A stretch of DNA of 64,000 nt from NCBI GenBank assembly GCA_963682135.1, contig OY821645.1, positions 192,001 to 256,000 of the forward strand, read 5' to 3'. Positions 51,515-61,806 of this stretch are shown one piece after another. The position numbers and the translations under genes are program-made. How positions within the stretch are numbered: position 1 is the stretch's first letter; each line of letters starts with the position of its first letter. The notes under the pieces are model-generated. The model did no database searches and was not told the DNA's origin. It saw nothing but the letters and a program-made list of their open reading frames with translations. The stretch comes from Methanothrix sp. GTDB lineage: Archaea > Halobacteriota > Methanosarcinia > Methanotrichales > Methanotrichaceae.

Positions 51515-53455
51515 TCAGTTGCCAGTCTTAACCAGCCTGGCATAGATCTTGGCGGCCTGGTCGGCGGCAATGCAGCCGCTGGCACATTTTTCGCAGTGAT
51601 TGCATAATTTTGCATCAATTGTCATGGTCTCTGCCACGGTAATTGCTCCTCGATTGCAGTTCTTCTCGCAGATCTTGCATCTCGTGCATAGCTGCACGCG
51701 CAGGACCGTCTGGCAGACATCTTGCAGCAGCTCCTCAGCCTCATCTTTGCCGGCAATGATCAGGATCTGTCCGTTGGCAAAGACGGTGACCCTTCCTTTT
51801 TCGGTCTTTATCACCGCTGCCCCCAGATCTTCCGCATATTTCACCTCGCCCAAGATATTGAGGGCCGAGGCCACAGAGGAAAACGGATGATTCTGGGGCG
51901 TGCATAAATTCGCTTCGATAGAGTATTCGAGACCGCAGGGCGATCTGCCCCGCACCGCCTGCAAAGTAATCTCTTTCTTCCCGGCATTGCCGGCTAAAAG
52001 AACGATATTGTGCTCCTTTGCCATCTCGAGCATCTTGGGGGGATGCCTCTTCCAGCGCCAAAAACCCCAATCAATGTATCTCTTATCCAGCTTATTCTCG
52101 TCCGCCCATTCTCCTAAAAAGGTCGTCCACCGGTCATAAAGCAGGGGATGCGTCACTCTCAGGCTGGCAAACTCAGATTGCAGCGCAGCCGGGCACAGCC
52201 AGCAGCCTATGCGCTCGAAATCCTCCTCATAAAGCGGATTGGGGAGCATCTTATTCCAGTAGATGTAGAGCATGACCTCCAGCGCCCGCCAGCTCCTGAT
52301 AGGCGCCAGCGTGGTTTGGCTGGGAACGTAAGGATTTCTCTCCACGGCCTTGATGGTAGAACGGTTGAAGGATTCATAGATGCGCCGCCCTTCGATGGTC
52401 ACGCAACCCCTGGGATAATGCTCTTTAAGAAAAGCAGTCATTGGCCCCAGCTTATTGGTCTTGCAGCACCAGCGAAAATCTTTGGCAGGGGGGCCGAAGC
52501 TCTTCACCTGCTCAAAAAAGTCGCTCTCTCCTTTGATCTCTTGCAACCGCAGCTTCTGGGCAGCGCACAGCTCTTGCACATATTCCACGGTCTCAGGAAA
52601 TTCCAGACCGGTATTGATAAAGAGGACCTCTGGCCGGGAGAGTATCTTCTGGGCAAGACAAAGGCAGGCCAGGCTGTCTTTTCCCCCGCTGAAGGATACG
52701 TTTACGGGAAGCCGGTTTTTGGAGAGATATTTCCGGATCTCATCTATTGCCGCTTTTTCCAGGCCTTTTAGAGATTGCTCATTGGCGGAGACAATATCCT
52801 TCAGGGACTGCCTATTTTCGCTCAGAGTAAAATCACTCTTTGTCACATCCTTGATGCGAATGGACTGCGTGCCGTCTGCCTTTCTGCGAACCACGCCCAC
52901 ACCGGAAAATTTCCCTATTTTCAGGGCGACGTTCTGGCCTTCTTCCAGGACGAGGGGGCCACTTATGATCTTCTCCTCTGCCAGCCATTTGCCCTTTATG
53001 TGGCCTCTTAATATTGAGTCGTCACATACAACCAGGCCACTCTTTGCTCTGCTGCAAAGCAGGGCTGCGCCGGCAGTCTCTAAATCCAGCTTGTGGTAGC
53101 CGTTTTTGACATCAAACCAGAGAGTTGCGATGTGGCAGCCTTCCAGGATCACCTGATCGCGACGATCCAATCCGGCAATCTTATTGAGCAGGATTATCCT
53201 GCCCTCCAGGAAATCAGCGCAGCCGTAATTTTGAGTGAAAAGCAAAGATAGAAGCTCCTTTGCCGCCCTGGAACAGAGACGGATGTCTCCTGGCGGCGCA
53301 AGCTCTATTTTGCGGCCAAGGCTATGGCAGGCTGAACATTTTTCGGCCAAAAGGGGAATGCTGCATTTCTCGCACCAGAATAGCTCGCTGTTGCCTGGAG
53401 AAAACGTCCTGCTGGAATATATCTTGGTGGAATATGCCTTGCTGGAATTATGCAT
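51515..53455 (-). CDS. PAPS-reductase family protein with ferredoxin domain
   Basis: SFSGGKDS, RWCCKTNK and RIGCWLCP motifs; C-terminal CxxCxxCxxxC x2. Confidence 0.9.
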   Translation of the reverse strand: MHNSSKAYSTKIYSSRTFSPGNSELFWCEKCSIPLLAEKCSACHSLGRKIELAPPGDIRLCSRAAKELLSLLFTQNYGCADFLEGRIILLNKIAGLDRRDQVILEGCHIATLWFDVKNGYHKLDLETAGAALLCSRAKSGLVVCDDSILRGHIKGKWLAEEKIISGPLVLEEGQNVALKIGKFSGVGVVRRKADGTQSIRIKDVTKSDFTLSENRQSLKDIVSANEQSLKGLEKAAIDEIRKYLSKNRLPVNVSFSGGKDSLACLCLAQKILSRPEVLFINTGLEFPETVEYVQELCAAQKLRLQEIKGESDFFEQVKSFGPPAKDFRWCCKTNKLGPMTAFLKEHYPRGCVTIEGRRIYESFNRSTIKAVERNPYVPSQTTLAPIRSWRALEVMLYIYWNKMLPNPLYEEDFERIGCWLCPAALQSEFASLRVTHPLLYDRWTTFLGEWADENKLDKRYIDWGFWRWKRHPPKMLEMAKEHNIVLLAGNAGKKEITLQAVRGRSPCGLEYSIEANLCTPQNHPFSSVASALNILGEVKYAEDLGAAVIKTEKGRVTVFANGQILIIAGKDEAEELLQDVCQTVLRVQLCTRCKICEKNCNRGAITVAETMTIDAKLCNHCEKCASGCIAADQAAKIYARLVKTGN

Positions 53456-53620
53456 GGATCTATTTGAGGTAAATCCAGGGTGTATTTAACGACTTTCATT
53501 GCTCCAAATCGGTACGCGTTATATTATGGAAAGATTACTGGATTAGAATATCGAAAGAGTTAAATACTATGATGATTACATTGTTATTATTAATATTATG
53601 TAAGAACAAAAACAAAACAA

Positions 53621-53692
53621 AGAAACGGCACAGGGGCTTTTCTGCTACCCTCAGCCATCCCCTCACCCTGGGCCGTTTTATTCCATCAACTC
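53621..53692 (+). ncRNA. candidate hairpin sRNA (copy B)
   Basis: AAACGGC-CAGGG...CCCUG-GCCGUUU stem with CU-rich loop; 3' tail like copy A. Confidence 0.4.
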
Positions 53693-53750
53693 ATTACACG
53701 ATTATTTTATAAATTAAAGAAAAAAGAAAAACGTTAGTTTTAATTCTCAA

Positions 53751-54143
53751 TCAAAATTGGGGCCACTTCGGCATATTGACATCTGTGTACCAGAAGGTGC
53801 CATACCAGGCGTCGACTCCCAGATGCATATCATCCCATGGATAACGTTTCTCCTTGTTTTCAGTTTTTTCCAGAGAATAGACGGAGTCAGAATTGACTGA
53901 GTCAGGACAGATATGCCTTGGGCATTTAGCAATCTTCTCAGGTGGTGAGATAGTTGTATTTAGTGCCTCGCTTCCGATGATCTCCAGATCCACTTTTTCC
54001 ATACCGGATGATGTGATCCTCGTATTATCGGTTGAGCTTCCCACGATATCCACAACGATTGATCCTGGACCGCCAAATGCATAGGCGCTGCAAGCCGACA
54101 GCATCAGCGCTAAAGCTAATAGAATTGATTTCCTCAACACCAT
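53751..54143 (-). CDS. small secreted repeat protein
   Basis: Signal peptide; VDIVGSSTDNTRI and LEIIGSEALNTTI repeats; PWDD. Confidence 0.7.
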   Translation of the reverse strand: MVLRKSILLALALMLSACSAYAFGGPGSIVVDIVGSSTDNTRITSSGMEKVDLEIIGSEALNTTISPPEKIAKCPRHICPDSVNSDSVYSLEKTENKEKRYPWDDMHLGVDAWYGTFWYTDVNMPKWPQF

Positions 54144-54351
54144 TCCCCTCCAGCAAATTTAACATTTAAACTGAACATATTTAACCTATGTTTTATATAT
54201 ACAGGAAGTAGAAATATCTTTCGGGCCGATCAGTCCGGATTACTTATACATTATTGGAAAATATTTTAAATAAAGATGACAATTACCGGGAATAAATTCG
54301 AGAATGCTATGGGTAAAGTATAAAAAGAAGATAAAAATAATACTTTTAAAC

Positions 54352-54774
54352 TTATGCTTTTGTCGTCACACTCCCCAGAGTGAGGATCTTTGGCGCAGTG
54401 CTTATGTATGCCTGATCTTTTCTGATGAGCGGACGGTTGTATCTGGTGGGAATATAGGAACTCCAGGGGTAGCATAGCGGCCTCTTAAAGTCGTCCCATG
54501 GGGTTTCATAGCACTTCTTCTCGCCGCAAGGAGCGCATCCCCCGCACTCATTTCCATGCCGGTCGATCACTTCTGCCGGGCGGCCTATCTGGATATTGCT
54601 GGCGGTACTGCCGATGATATTCACCTCGACGGGAGTGCCATCTTGCGCTATGATTGTAGTATTGTTCGCCTCGCTTCCCAGGATGTCCAGACCATTAGCC
54701 TCTGAGCCTGCGCCGCCATGCGCGGCTGATGCCCACAGGATAAATATACCGATCAGAAAAATGTTCTTTCTCAA
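54352..54774 (-). CDS. small secreted repeat protein, paralog
   Basis: Signal peptide; LDILGSEANNTTI and VNIIGSTASNIQI repeats; Cys cluster; PWDD. Confidence 0.7.
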   Translation of the reverse strand: MRKNIFLIGIFILWASAAHGGAGSEANGLDILGSEANNTTIIAQDGTPVEVNIIGSTASNIQIGRPAEVIDRHGNECGGCAPCGEKKCYETPWDDFKRPLCYPWSSYIPTRYNRPLIRKDQAYISTAPKILTLGSVTTKA

Positions 54775-54881
54775 ACCTTTCGCCCCCTTTTATAATTAAG
54801 TCTAATAAAATGTCTAGGAAGTAGAAAAACCTTTTGTTGCAGCGCAAAAACATTAAATCCCCCTGAGAAGATGGGAAAGCT

Positions 54882-55778
54882 ATGAAACTGATCTATGTGG
54901 CCGGCAAAGGAGGCGTGGGCAAAAGCGTCTGCTCGGCAGCATCCGGCATCTGGAAAGCGCATCAGGGCAAAGATACCCTGGTCTTCTCCATGGACCCGGC
55001 CCATTCGCTCTCGGACATCTTCGACATCGACCTGGGACGCCAGCCACGAAAGATCCGCGAGCATCTCTATGCTTATGAACCTGATCTGGCAGAGGAGGCC
55101 GGCAGCTTCTTTCGCAGATACAAGAACATCTTCACAGCTCTCTTCGGTCTCTTTGAGGTGGAGGTTAAGCCCGAAGACTTTGGGAACATGCCCGGAGTCT
55201 CCGAAATGATCTTCATGGACAAATTAAATGATATCTACACAGAAAAGAAGTACGACTTCGTGGTCATAGACTCGGCCCCGACTGCCATGGTCCTGCCTTT
55301 GCTGCAACTGCCTTCCATCACCACGGGATTTGTCACAAAAGTGCTGGGCATGAGAAACAGGTGGATGGGGATGCTCGACCTTCTGCAGCCGGGGTTTGCC
55401 GACCGCATTCTCTCGGAAGTCCGGACCATGCGCCTGAAGGCCGAGACCATGCGATCCGCCCTGATCGATCCGCAGGCATCCAGCATCACTATCGTCACCA
55501 TCCCTGAGAAAGCGGCAGTAGAGGAAAGCCGCCGCCTGATTGAGACGGTGGAGTCGCACGGAGTTACAGTCTCTTCTATTATCATTAACCATGTGATTCA
55601 GGACTGCGACTGCCGCTTTTGCCGGGATAAGAAGGCATCTCAAACAGCTTACATCCAGGAGCTAAAGGACCGCTACCGGGAAAAGCGCATTACAATACTG
55701 CCTGACTACGGAGGAGAGGTATTGGGAGAAGGCCTCATGCAGGTGGCTGAAGATCTCTATGCAAAAGAGGAGATGTAA
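54882..55778 (+). CDS. ArsA/GET3 family ATPase
   Basis: GKGGVGKS, DPAHSLSD, DSAPT and CRFC motifs; single domain. Confidence 0.9.
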   Translation: MKLIYVAGKGGVGKSVCSAASGIWKAHQGKDTLVFSMDPAHSLSDIFDIDLGRQPRKIREHLYAYEPDLAEEAGSFFRRYKNIFTALFGLFEVEVKPEDFGNMPGVSEMIFMDKLNDIYTEKKYDFVVIDSAPTAMVLPLLQLPSITTGFVTKVLGMRNRWMGMLDLLQPGFADRILSEVRTMRLKAETMRSALIDPQASSITIVTIPEKAAVEESRRLIETVESHGVTVSSIIINHVIQDCDCRFCRDKKASQTAYIQELKDRYREKRITILPDYGGEVLGEGLMQVAEDLYAKEEM

Positions 55779-55827
55779 ATTTGATAATATAATCAATTAG
55801 ATGTCGACTAAAGGAGATCGAAAGCAT

Positions 55828-57288
55828 TCACAACCAGCTCTCATTTGCTTTTTCTGGAAAGCCAAGATATTCGAGCGCAATATTTCGAATTCTGATCATA
55901 TCCCTTGTGTGCAATGAATTATCGTTATTATTTTGCTCAAGATAGTTCAGGGAAAATGTCACCCTGCCGCAGACACCTGCGCCGCCAAGGATCAGGGGAA
56001 TATCCTCCCCGGCTGATGGTATGAGAAATAGGCGATCGAGTCGAAGGTTTCCGTAGATCTCGGGATAGTCCTGATGCCCAAGGTTTGTGGTTATCAAACC
56101 TGGAAGCTTGGATACGGCATTATTGGATATCTTAAGTGCTACACTCTTTTTATCGCTGGCAAAAGCTGAAAGATTCTCAGTCTGGTTGAATGCATCCGGA
56201 ACTTTTTTTATATATGGAGCTAAGTTGAAAAATGCATCGATAAGCGTTGGATTGAATTGTTCCATATCCAGACCTGAATTGTCGAGCTTCTTCACTCGTC
56301 TTTGAATGATCTTATGCAGATCCTCAGCATTTCTCCAGAAGGATTTTTTCTGGTCATAGGCAAAAGGAAAATTAAATCCCCCTGATAAGAAGCAGAAGCC
56401 ATTGACGGTGCCTTTTTTAAGGTGCCTTCGGAGATCGAATGGTATAGAGATCACCCTCTTGTTTTTTGGAAGCGGGCCTATGACTTCGTAATATGCGGCA
56501 AGAAATGCGGCCGTTAGCGCAGATCCGATGGTCACACCATTCTCTCGGCATCGGGCTGCTAGGTCGTGGGTCTCTTCTGGTTCTAGCTGGAGGAGGGCGA
56601 TGTTATATCTGTATTTTTCCCAATATGCAGCGTGAATCTCATTAAAGTCCTCTTGAGTGATGTAATATGGTTTCTTCAGCCACTGATTGTTATAATGATT
56701 GATAAAGAAACTGCCGATAATCGTGGAGATGGAAAAACTATCCTTCTTTTGAAGGTAATCAGTGATCGCTGGCGGCGAGATGACCGAAACCTCTCTCTTG
56801 GGATCGGCATAGCAATCGAGAATGTCATGTATAAGGTTTGCAAGAGCTGTTCCATCGCAGATGCAATGCTCTGAAAACACCAATAGTTCTGAAACCTCTG
56901 ACGAATATACAAGCACAAACCGGATCAGAGGGCCAACTTCAGGCTCGAAAGGTACCTGGTATTCCCGTCTGATCTCGTCGAACCATTGCGAGTCTGAGGT
57001 CCTTGGAACTATACGCAATGCGTCTCTTGGAACGCAGTCCCCTGAAAACCAGGCATCGTGATGCTCATCAAAGGTTATCCTGCACCTGGTCAGCAGATGC
57101 ATGCGGCAAACTATATCAATAGCCTGCTCAAGTTTCTCTTCTTCTACGTCTCCCACAATCCGGGCTGCTACTGCTATATTGGTTTGGAAGCTCCATAAGA
57201 AGAGCCGTTCAACGTTGGAGAGGCGACGTATACAATTCGGCAGGTCGGTAGGAGGGGATTTTTGCATTATTTGCTTCATTTTGATCAT
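55828..57288 (-). CDS. stand-alone condensation-domain/PapA5-like acyltransferase
   Basis: RRLSNVER, GPLIRF, EHCICDG (HxxxDG), DLRR and TNLG motifs. Confidence 0.8.
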   Translation of the reverse strand: MIKMKQIMQKSPPTDLPNCIRRLSNVERLFLWSFQTNIAVAARIVGDVEEEKLEQAIDIVCRMHLLTRCRITFDEHHDAWFSGDCVPRDALRIVPRTSDSQWFDEIRREYQVPFEPEVGPLIRFVLVYSSEVSELLVFSEHCICDGTALANLIHDILDCYADPKREVSVISPPAITDYLQKKDSFSISTIIGSFFINHYNNQWLKKPYYITQEDFNEIHAAYWEKYRYNIALLQLEPEETHDLAARCRENGVTIGSALTAAFLAAYYEVIGPLPKNKRVISIPFDLRRHLKKGTVNGFCFLSGGFNFPFAYDQKKSFWRNAEDLHKIIQRRVKKLDNSGLDMEQFNPTLIDAFFNLAPYIKKVPDAFNQTENLSAFASDKKSVALKISNNAVSKLPGLITTNLGHQDYPEIYGNLRLDRLFLIPSAGEDIPLILGGAGVCGRVTFSLNYLEQNNNDNSLHTRDMIRIRNIALEYLGFPEKANESWL

Positions 57289-57318
57289 CTATTTCCAAAG
57301 ATTGTTCCTTGTCTGTCG

Positions 57319-57984
57319 TTAGCCTAATTTTCTGCACTCATTGTATTCCTCAGGACATCTTCTGATTGCTGGATCTATGAAACAGGAATAGCTATCTAGG
57401 AACTGGTGGAAACTAATTCCTGAGAGTGCAAACGCTTTTTTCCAGGTTGGCAGGGGAGATACTACAGATATGGTGATAAGCGTGATGTAGAATCCTATCA
57501 GGACAGCATCGATATCTTTCCTGATCGTTCCATCTTCTCTGCCCTCTTTGATTGCATCATAAAGAAGAGCATTGTACTCATTGGTTTTTTCCGCAAATGC
57601 TTTGTCATCATCCTCATCCATTCTCAACAAGATCACGGGCCCAAAGGTGCAGGCCATGTCGTTATACTCAGGATTTCTTTTGGTGAAATCGACAGAACAC
57701 TCAATGATGGCCCTCAATTTCTCTCTGCCAGTAGCCTTATCTTTTAAGCGCTCCGCCATAAGATCCACTAACTCCGTCTGCTTGCGGCTGACAATGGCGA
57801 AGAATAGAGCGTCTTTCTTTTTGAAATAGAAGTAGATAGCGCCCTTGCTCAATTCAGCCTCCTTAGCTATCTCATCCATGGAGACGTTATCATAGCCCCT
57901 GGCGTAAAACAGCCTCTCAGCGGCAGTGATGATGCTATTTCGCCTCTGCTCTTTCTCCCGCTGCTTTCTATCTGTGATTGCCAT
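57319..57984 (-). CDS. TetR/AcrR regulator
   Basis: SMDEIAKEAELSKGAIYFYF. Confidence 0.92.
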   Translation of the reverse strand: MAITDRKQREKEQRRNSIITAAERLFYARGYDNVSMDEIAKEAELSKGAIYFYFKKKDALFFAIVSRKQTELVDLMAERLKDKATGREKLRAIIECSVDFTKRNPEYNDMACTFGPVILLRMDEDDDKAFAEKTNEYNALLYDAIKEGREDGTIRKDIDAVLIGFYITLITISVVSPLPTWKKAFALSGISFHQFLDSYSCFIDPAIRRCPEEYNECRKLG

Positions 57985-58084
57985 GATCTCCTGCTGTCAT
58001 CGACTCAAAGTCGGATTTAGGCTACTGGCCTATCCGAGACCATAAAAGGATCATTCATGAATACTACTCGATCACTGCATGTGC

Positions 58085-58436
58085 AAAGGATAGAAGCTCG
58101 GAGACGATCTTATCCTTATCTGTTTCAATCCCTCTATCTTGTATGCACGGGGGTCGTATCCTGCGCCGAGGATGACTAGCTGCTCTATTCCCTCTCCTGG
58201 GACCTTTGTGTGAAGTCATCGAAATACCTGACTCTGGCGCTGATGGAATTCAGAAATCCCGGGTTTCTTCTTTCGTTCTCATCTCTCATGGCTATTACGT
58301 TATCCGGATGGAGAGCCCAATCCATCAGTTTCTTATCAATGAAGTAGGCCGCATATTGATCGTTGCAGATCCTTTCTCCTACAGTTTTCAGCGATTCTCC
58401 AAACCTGTTGAACAAGGCTGCTACAACAGTCTTGCA
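58085..58436 (-). pseudogene. LCM/TcmP-family SAM methyltransferase remnant
   Basis: ICNDQYAAYF, ARVRYFDD, fs ~58190, QLVILGAGYD.RAY; truncated. Confidence 0.8.
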
Positions 58437-58446
58437 GTCTAATTTA

Positions 58447-58493
58447 GACCTAGAGTCGATATTAGACTCATAGTCAAAATAGATATAAAAAGG
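58447..58493 (-). promoter_or_regulatory. TATA box with two GAC-N5-GTC palindromes (putative TetR operators)
   Basis: gacctagagtc at 58447, gactcatagtc at 58465, minus-strand ttttatat at about 58483-58490; third site cgactcaaagtcg at 58001. Confidence 0.55.
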
Positions 58494-59011
58494 TAATGCC
58501 TTAAATTAGAGGTAAATCTTGACCATATCAGTATGTATAACCTGAAACCCCGTCGATCCATTTTTCTAATCTTCAAAACGAGATCCCAATTTTATAAATA
58601 TCTTCTTTGACTGCAAAGCTCTGATGGTGCGCTCTGGCTTCCACGAAGTTTTCTAATCTCGATGATGCCGAAAACCCATTATCTGGCAATTGTCGATAAA
58701 TCATTCCATAGCTTACTGGAATTGGTATTCTTACAGAAGAGGATTTTAGAGTAGTTGAGATGACTCACGAAGTAAGTATGTATAACTTGAGATTTGCATG
58801 CGAAAAGGAGGGAGGGAAAGCCGAGATGGGTAAATGAGGGAGAAAACCGCTATCGACTTTCGCCGAATAGTATATAGTCAATTGCCGGGCTATATAGTTT
58901 TCGATCCCTGCGAAGATTTCTGCTTTTTTGTGAATCAGCTAATACTAGTACATCCAATTCATCATCAATTTGATATATTTGAGCGGTAGAAGACAGGAGA
59001 GAGGAAAGACT

Positions 59012-59947
59012 ATGTTCAAAAAAGTTCTGGTTCCAACCGACTTCTCCAGCTATGCCCACAAGATGCAAGAATGCCTGGCGCAGATGCCGGGCATAGAAGA
59101 GGTCGTACTTCTTAATGTCGTGGACGGCGGCAATCCCATGAACCTGGAGAGGAAGGGATGGAGCTATGACTCTCTTATCGACGAGGCAGAAACCAGGCTT
59201 GCCGAGCAGGCCGATCACCTATCCCATTTGGGCGAGAAGGTACTCTCTGTCCGGCCGATTTTGAAGATCATTGTGGAGCCGATGAGCGGCGCGGATGGGG
59301 TTGATATGAAGAGGCTGAAGCCTGCATCGGGGCAGATGATAGTAGAGGGGGGCAGTGTGGGCGAAGCCATCAGTAAGACGGCTGCAGAGGAGAAGGCCTC
59401 GCTCATCTGTATGGGAGCGCAGGGCAAAGGGCTGATAGAGGGCATGCTCCTGGGGTCTGTCTCTACTGAGGTACTCAGGCACGGCCATACAGATCTGCTC
59501 ATCATCCGCCACAAGATCCTGGATGAAGGCAAAGACGGAGATACGGAAAGATTCTGCCGGGACATGTTTTCCAGAGTGTTGCTTACCACCGACTTCTCCC
59601 CAGCTGCGCAGCGGGCAATATCTGCAGTAAAGGATCTGACAGGCGTTCGGGAGATCCTGCTGGTACATGTGATCTCAAAAGAGGACGATTTCGATGAGGC
59701 GGCAAAGAGACTTAACTTGCTGCGTGAAGAACTGGCGGGCCAGGACAGAAAGATCACGGTTCATGTCCTGATGGGCCATTCTGCGCAGGAGATCCTCTCT
59801 TTGGCCAAGAGCCAAGATGTCTCCCTGATTATGATGGGCTCTCAGGGAAAAAGCTGGAGCCGACAGATTCGCGTGGGGAGCACGACCTTTGATGTGGCCC
59901 GCCTGGCATTAAGCCCTGTTATGGTGATCCGTCCCATAACAAGCTAA
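59012..59947 (+). CDS. tandem universal stress protein
   Basis: PTDFS, MGAQG...LGSVS; TTDFS, MGSQG...VGST. Confidence 0.92.
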   Translation: MFKKVLVPTDFSSYAHKMQECLAQMPGIEEVVLLNVVDGGNPMNLERKGWSYDSLIDEAETRLAEQADHLSHLGEKVLSVRPILKIIVEPMSGADGVDMKRLKPASGQMIVEGGSVGEAISKTAAEEKASLICMGAQGKGLIEGMLLGSVSTEVLRHGHTDLLIIRHKILDEGKDGDTERFCRDMFSRVLLTTDFSPAAQRAISAVKDLTGVREILLVHVISKEDDFDEAAKRLNLLREELAGQDRKITVHVLMGHSAQEILSLAKSQDVSLIMMGSQGKSWSRQIRVGSTTFDVARLALSPVMVIRPITS

Positions 59948-60096
59948 AAAGGCAACGCATAGCCAAAACAACCGAAAAGGCCAGCAGAGTCGTTCTCTGC
60001 AGTTGATATTTCAATCAGCCGCAGAGAACGATCTAATTTGCCGACGATTAAGACGATTAATAAGCCTTTTATCTTGCCCGGCAGATCATCCTTCTC

Positions 60097-61002
60097 ATGC
60101 CATCCCTTTCCATTCATGCCGGCGGCCTGCAGCTCAATAATCCGATACTTCTGGCGGCAGGCATCCTGGGCACCACCGGTGCCTCTCTTTGTCGAGCCGC
60201 AAGAGCCGGCGCAGGCGGCGTGGTCACCAAATCGGTGGGATCGTTGCCGCGGGAGGGCCACCCAGGCCCCACCATTGTTCATGTAGACGGCGGCCTTCTC
60301 AATGCTATGGGCCTGCCCAATCCTTCTTACAAAGACTTTCAGGATGAGATCGATTCGGCGCGCGCCAGCGGGGTGCCGGTCATCGCCAGCATCTTCGGAT
60401 CTTTTGCCGCAGAATTCGCCCAGATCGCCCGCTGCCTGAAGGCCGACGCCTTTGAGCTTAACCTCTCCTGCCCCCATGCCGAAAAATACGGCAGCGAACT
60501 GGGTCGTTATCCCGATCTGGTGGAATCTGTCACCGGAGCCGTAAAGGCTGCCTCAAATGTGCCGGTCTGGGTCAAGCTGACCCCCAACACTGCCGATATC
60601 GTCGAGCTGGGCCTGGCAGCGCAGAGAGGCGGGGCAGACGCCATTGTGGCCATAAACACACTCAAGGCCATGGCCATCGATATCGAGACAGGCTATCCCA
60701 TCCTGGGCAACCGCTTTGGCGGCCTGTCCGGTCCGGCCGTTAAACCTGTGGCTGTGCGCTGCGTCTACGAGCTGGCCAGCCGCCTGGAGATTCCAGTGAT
60801 TGGCGTAGGCGGTGTCTCCACCTGGGAAGATGCCGTGGAGATGATCATGGCCGGTGCCTCGGCTGTGCAGGTGGGAACAGCTCTTCTCAGAGGTTACGGC
60901 GTCTTCGAGGAGATCACAACCGGCCTATCCCGCTATCTGGAAAGAAAATCGCTGACACTGGAGGAGCTGTGCGGCCTGGCCCAGAAGGAGAGGCTTCAAT
61001 GA
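60097..61002 (+). CDS. pyrD: dihydroorotate dehydrogenase
   Basis: NAMGLPNP, NLSCPH, VKLTPN and GGLSG motifs. Confidence 0.95.
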   Translation: MPSLSIHAGGLQLNNPILLAAGILGTTGASLCRAARAGAGGVVTKSVGSLPREGHPGPTIVHVDGGLLNAMGLPNPSYKDFQDEIDSARASGVPVIASIFGSFAAEFAQIARCLKADAFELNLSCPHAEKYGSELGRYPDLVESVTGAVKAASNVPVWVKLTPNTADIVELGLAAQRGGADAIVAINTLKAMAIDIETGYPILGNRFGGLSGPAVKPVAVRCVYELASRLEIPVIGVGGVSTWEDAVEMIMAGASAVQVGTALLRGYGVFEEITTGLSRYLERKSLTLEELCGLAQKERLQ

Positions 61003-61769
61003 GACCCATAAACTGCGTGATAGAAGAAGTGCGCTCGGAGGCTCCCCTCATCAGGACCTTCCGGCTGGATAGAAACCTTGACCCGGCACCCGGCCAGTAC
61101 GTCATGGTCTGGATCAGGGGAGTGGACGAGATTCCCATGAGCTTCTCGGGCCCTGATACCATAACGGTTCAGTCGGTAGGTGAAGCCTCAGCCGCGCTCT
61201 TTAGCCTGGGAGCAGGAAACACTGTGGGCCTGCGCGGCCCTCTGGGAAATGGCTTCGTCCTGCGGGGCAAGAGGATTCTGCTCATTGGAGGAGGCGTGGG
61301 CACTGCCCCTCTGGCTTTCCTGGGTGAGCAGGCTAAAGGGGCTGGCTATGAAGTAGCCTCCCTGCTCGGCTTTCGATCTATTGATGACTTAATCTTCCAG
61401 GACAGGTTTGAGGCTCTGGGAGATACAATTATCACCACAGATGACGGCTCCCTGGGCATACACGGTCGCGCTGCTGCCGGGCTAAAAGAGCTGAACCTGT
61501 ATGATTACGATCAGATCTACCTTTGCGGTCCGGAGATGATGATGTGGGACATAATCTCCAGAACACGAGAGCATGCCGAAAAGACACAGGCCTGCATCAA
61601 CCGTTACTTCAAATGTGCGGCAGGCATCTGCGGTTCTTGCTGCCTGGACCCGGATGGCATAAGGGTCTGTGTGGAAGGACCGGTGATCATGGCTGATCGA
61701 CTGCTGGAGAGCGAGTTTGGACGATACCGGCGCGGCCCGACCGGCGGAAAGGGTCCATGCCGGGGATGA
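60999..61769 (+). CDS. pyrK: dihydroorotate dehydrogenase electron transfer subunit
   Basis: RGPLG, GGGVG, CGP and CAAGICGSC...VC motifs. Confidence 0.92.
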   Translation: MRPINCVIEEVRSEAPLIRTFRLDRNLDPAPGQYVMVWIRGVDEIPMSFSGPDTITVQSVGEASAALFSLGAGNTVGLRGPLGNGFVLRGKRILLIGGGVGTAPLAFLGEQAKGAGYEVASLLGFRSIDDLIFQDRFEALGDTIITTDDGSLGIHGRAAAGLKELNLYDYDQIYLCGPEMMMWDIISRTREHAEKTQACINRYFKCAAGICGSCCLDPDGIRVCVEGPVIMADRLLESEFGRYRRGPTGGKGPCRG

Positions 61770-61806
61770 ATCAAGAGAAGATAAGAGATAGGAGAGAAGG
61801 GTGGAA

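Noticed and set aside
53400-53450. 15-bp degenerate repeats at the start of the PAPS-reductase gene (NSSKA/YSTKI/YSSRT)
   Set aside because: Probably a slippage expansion in a disordered N-terminus
58530-58790. Repeated agtatgtataac(c/t)tga at 58530 and 58775
   Set aside because: Only two promoter-like copies with no associated ORF or structure
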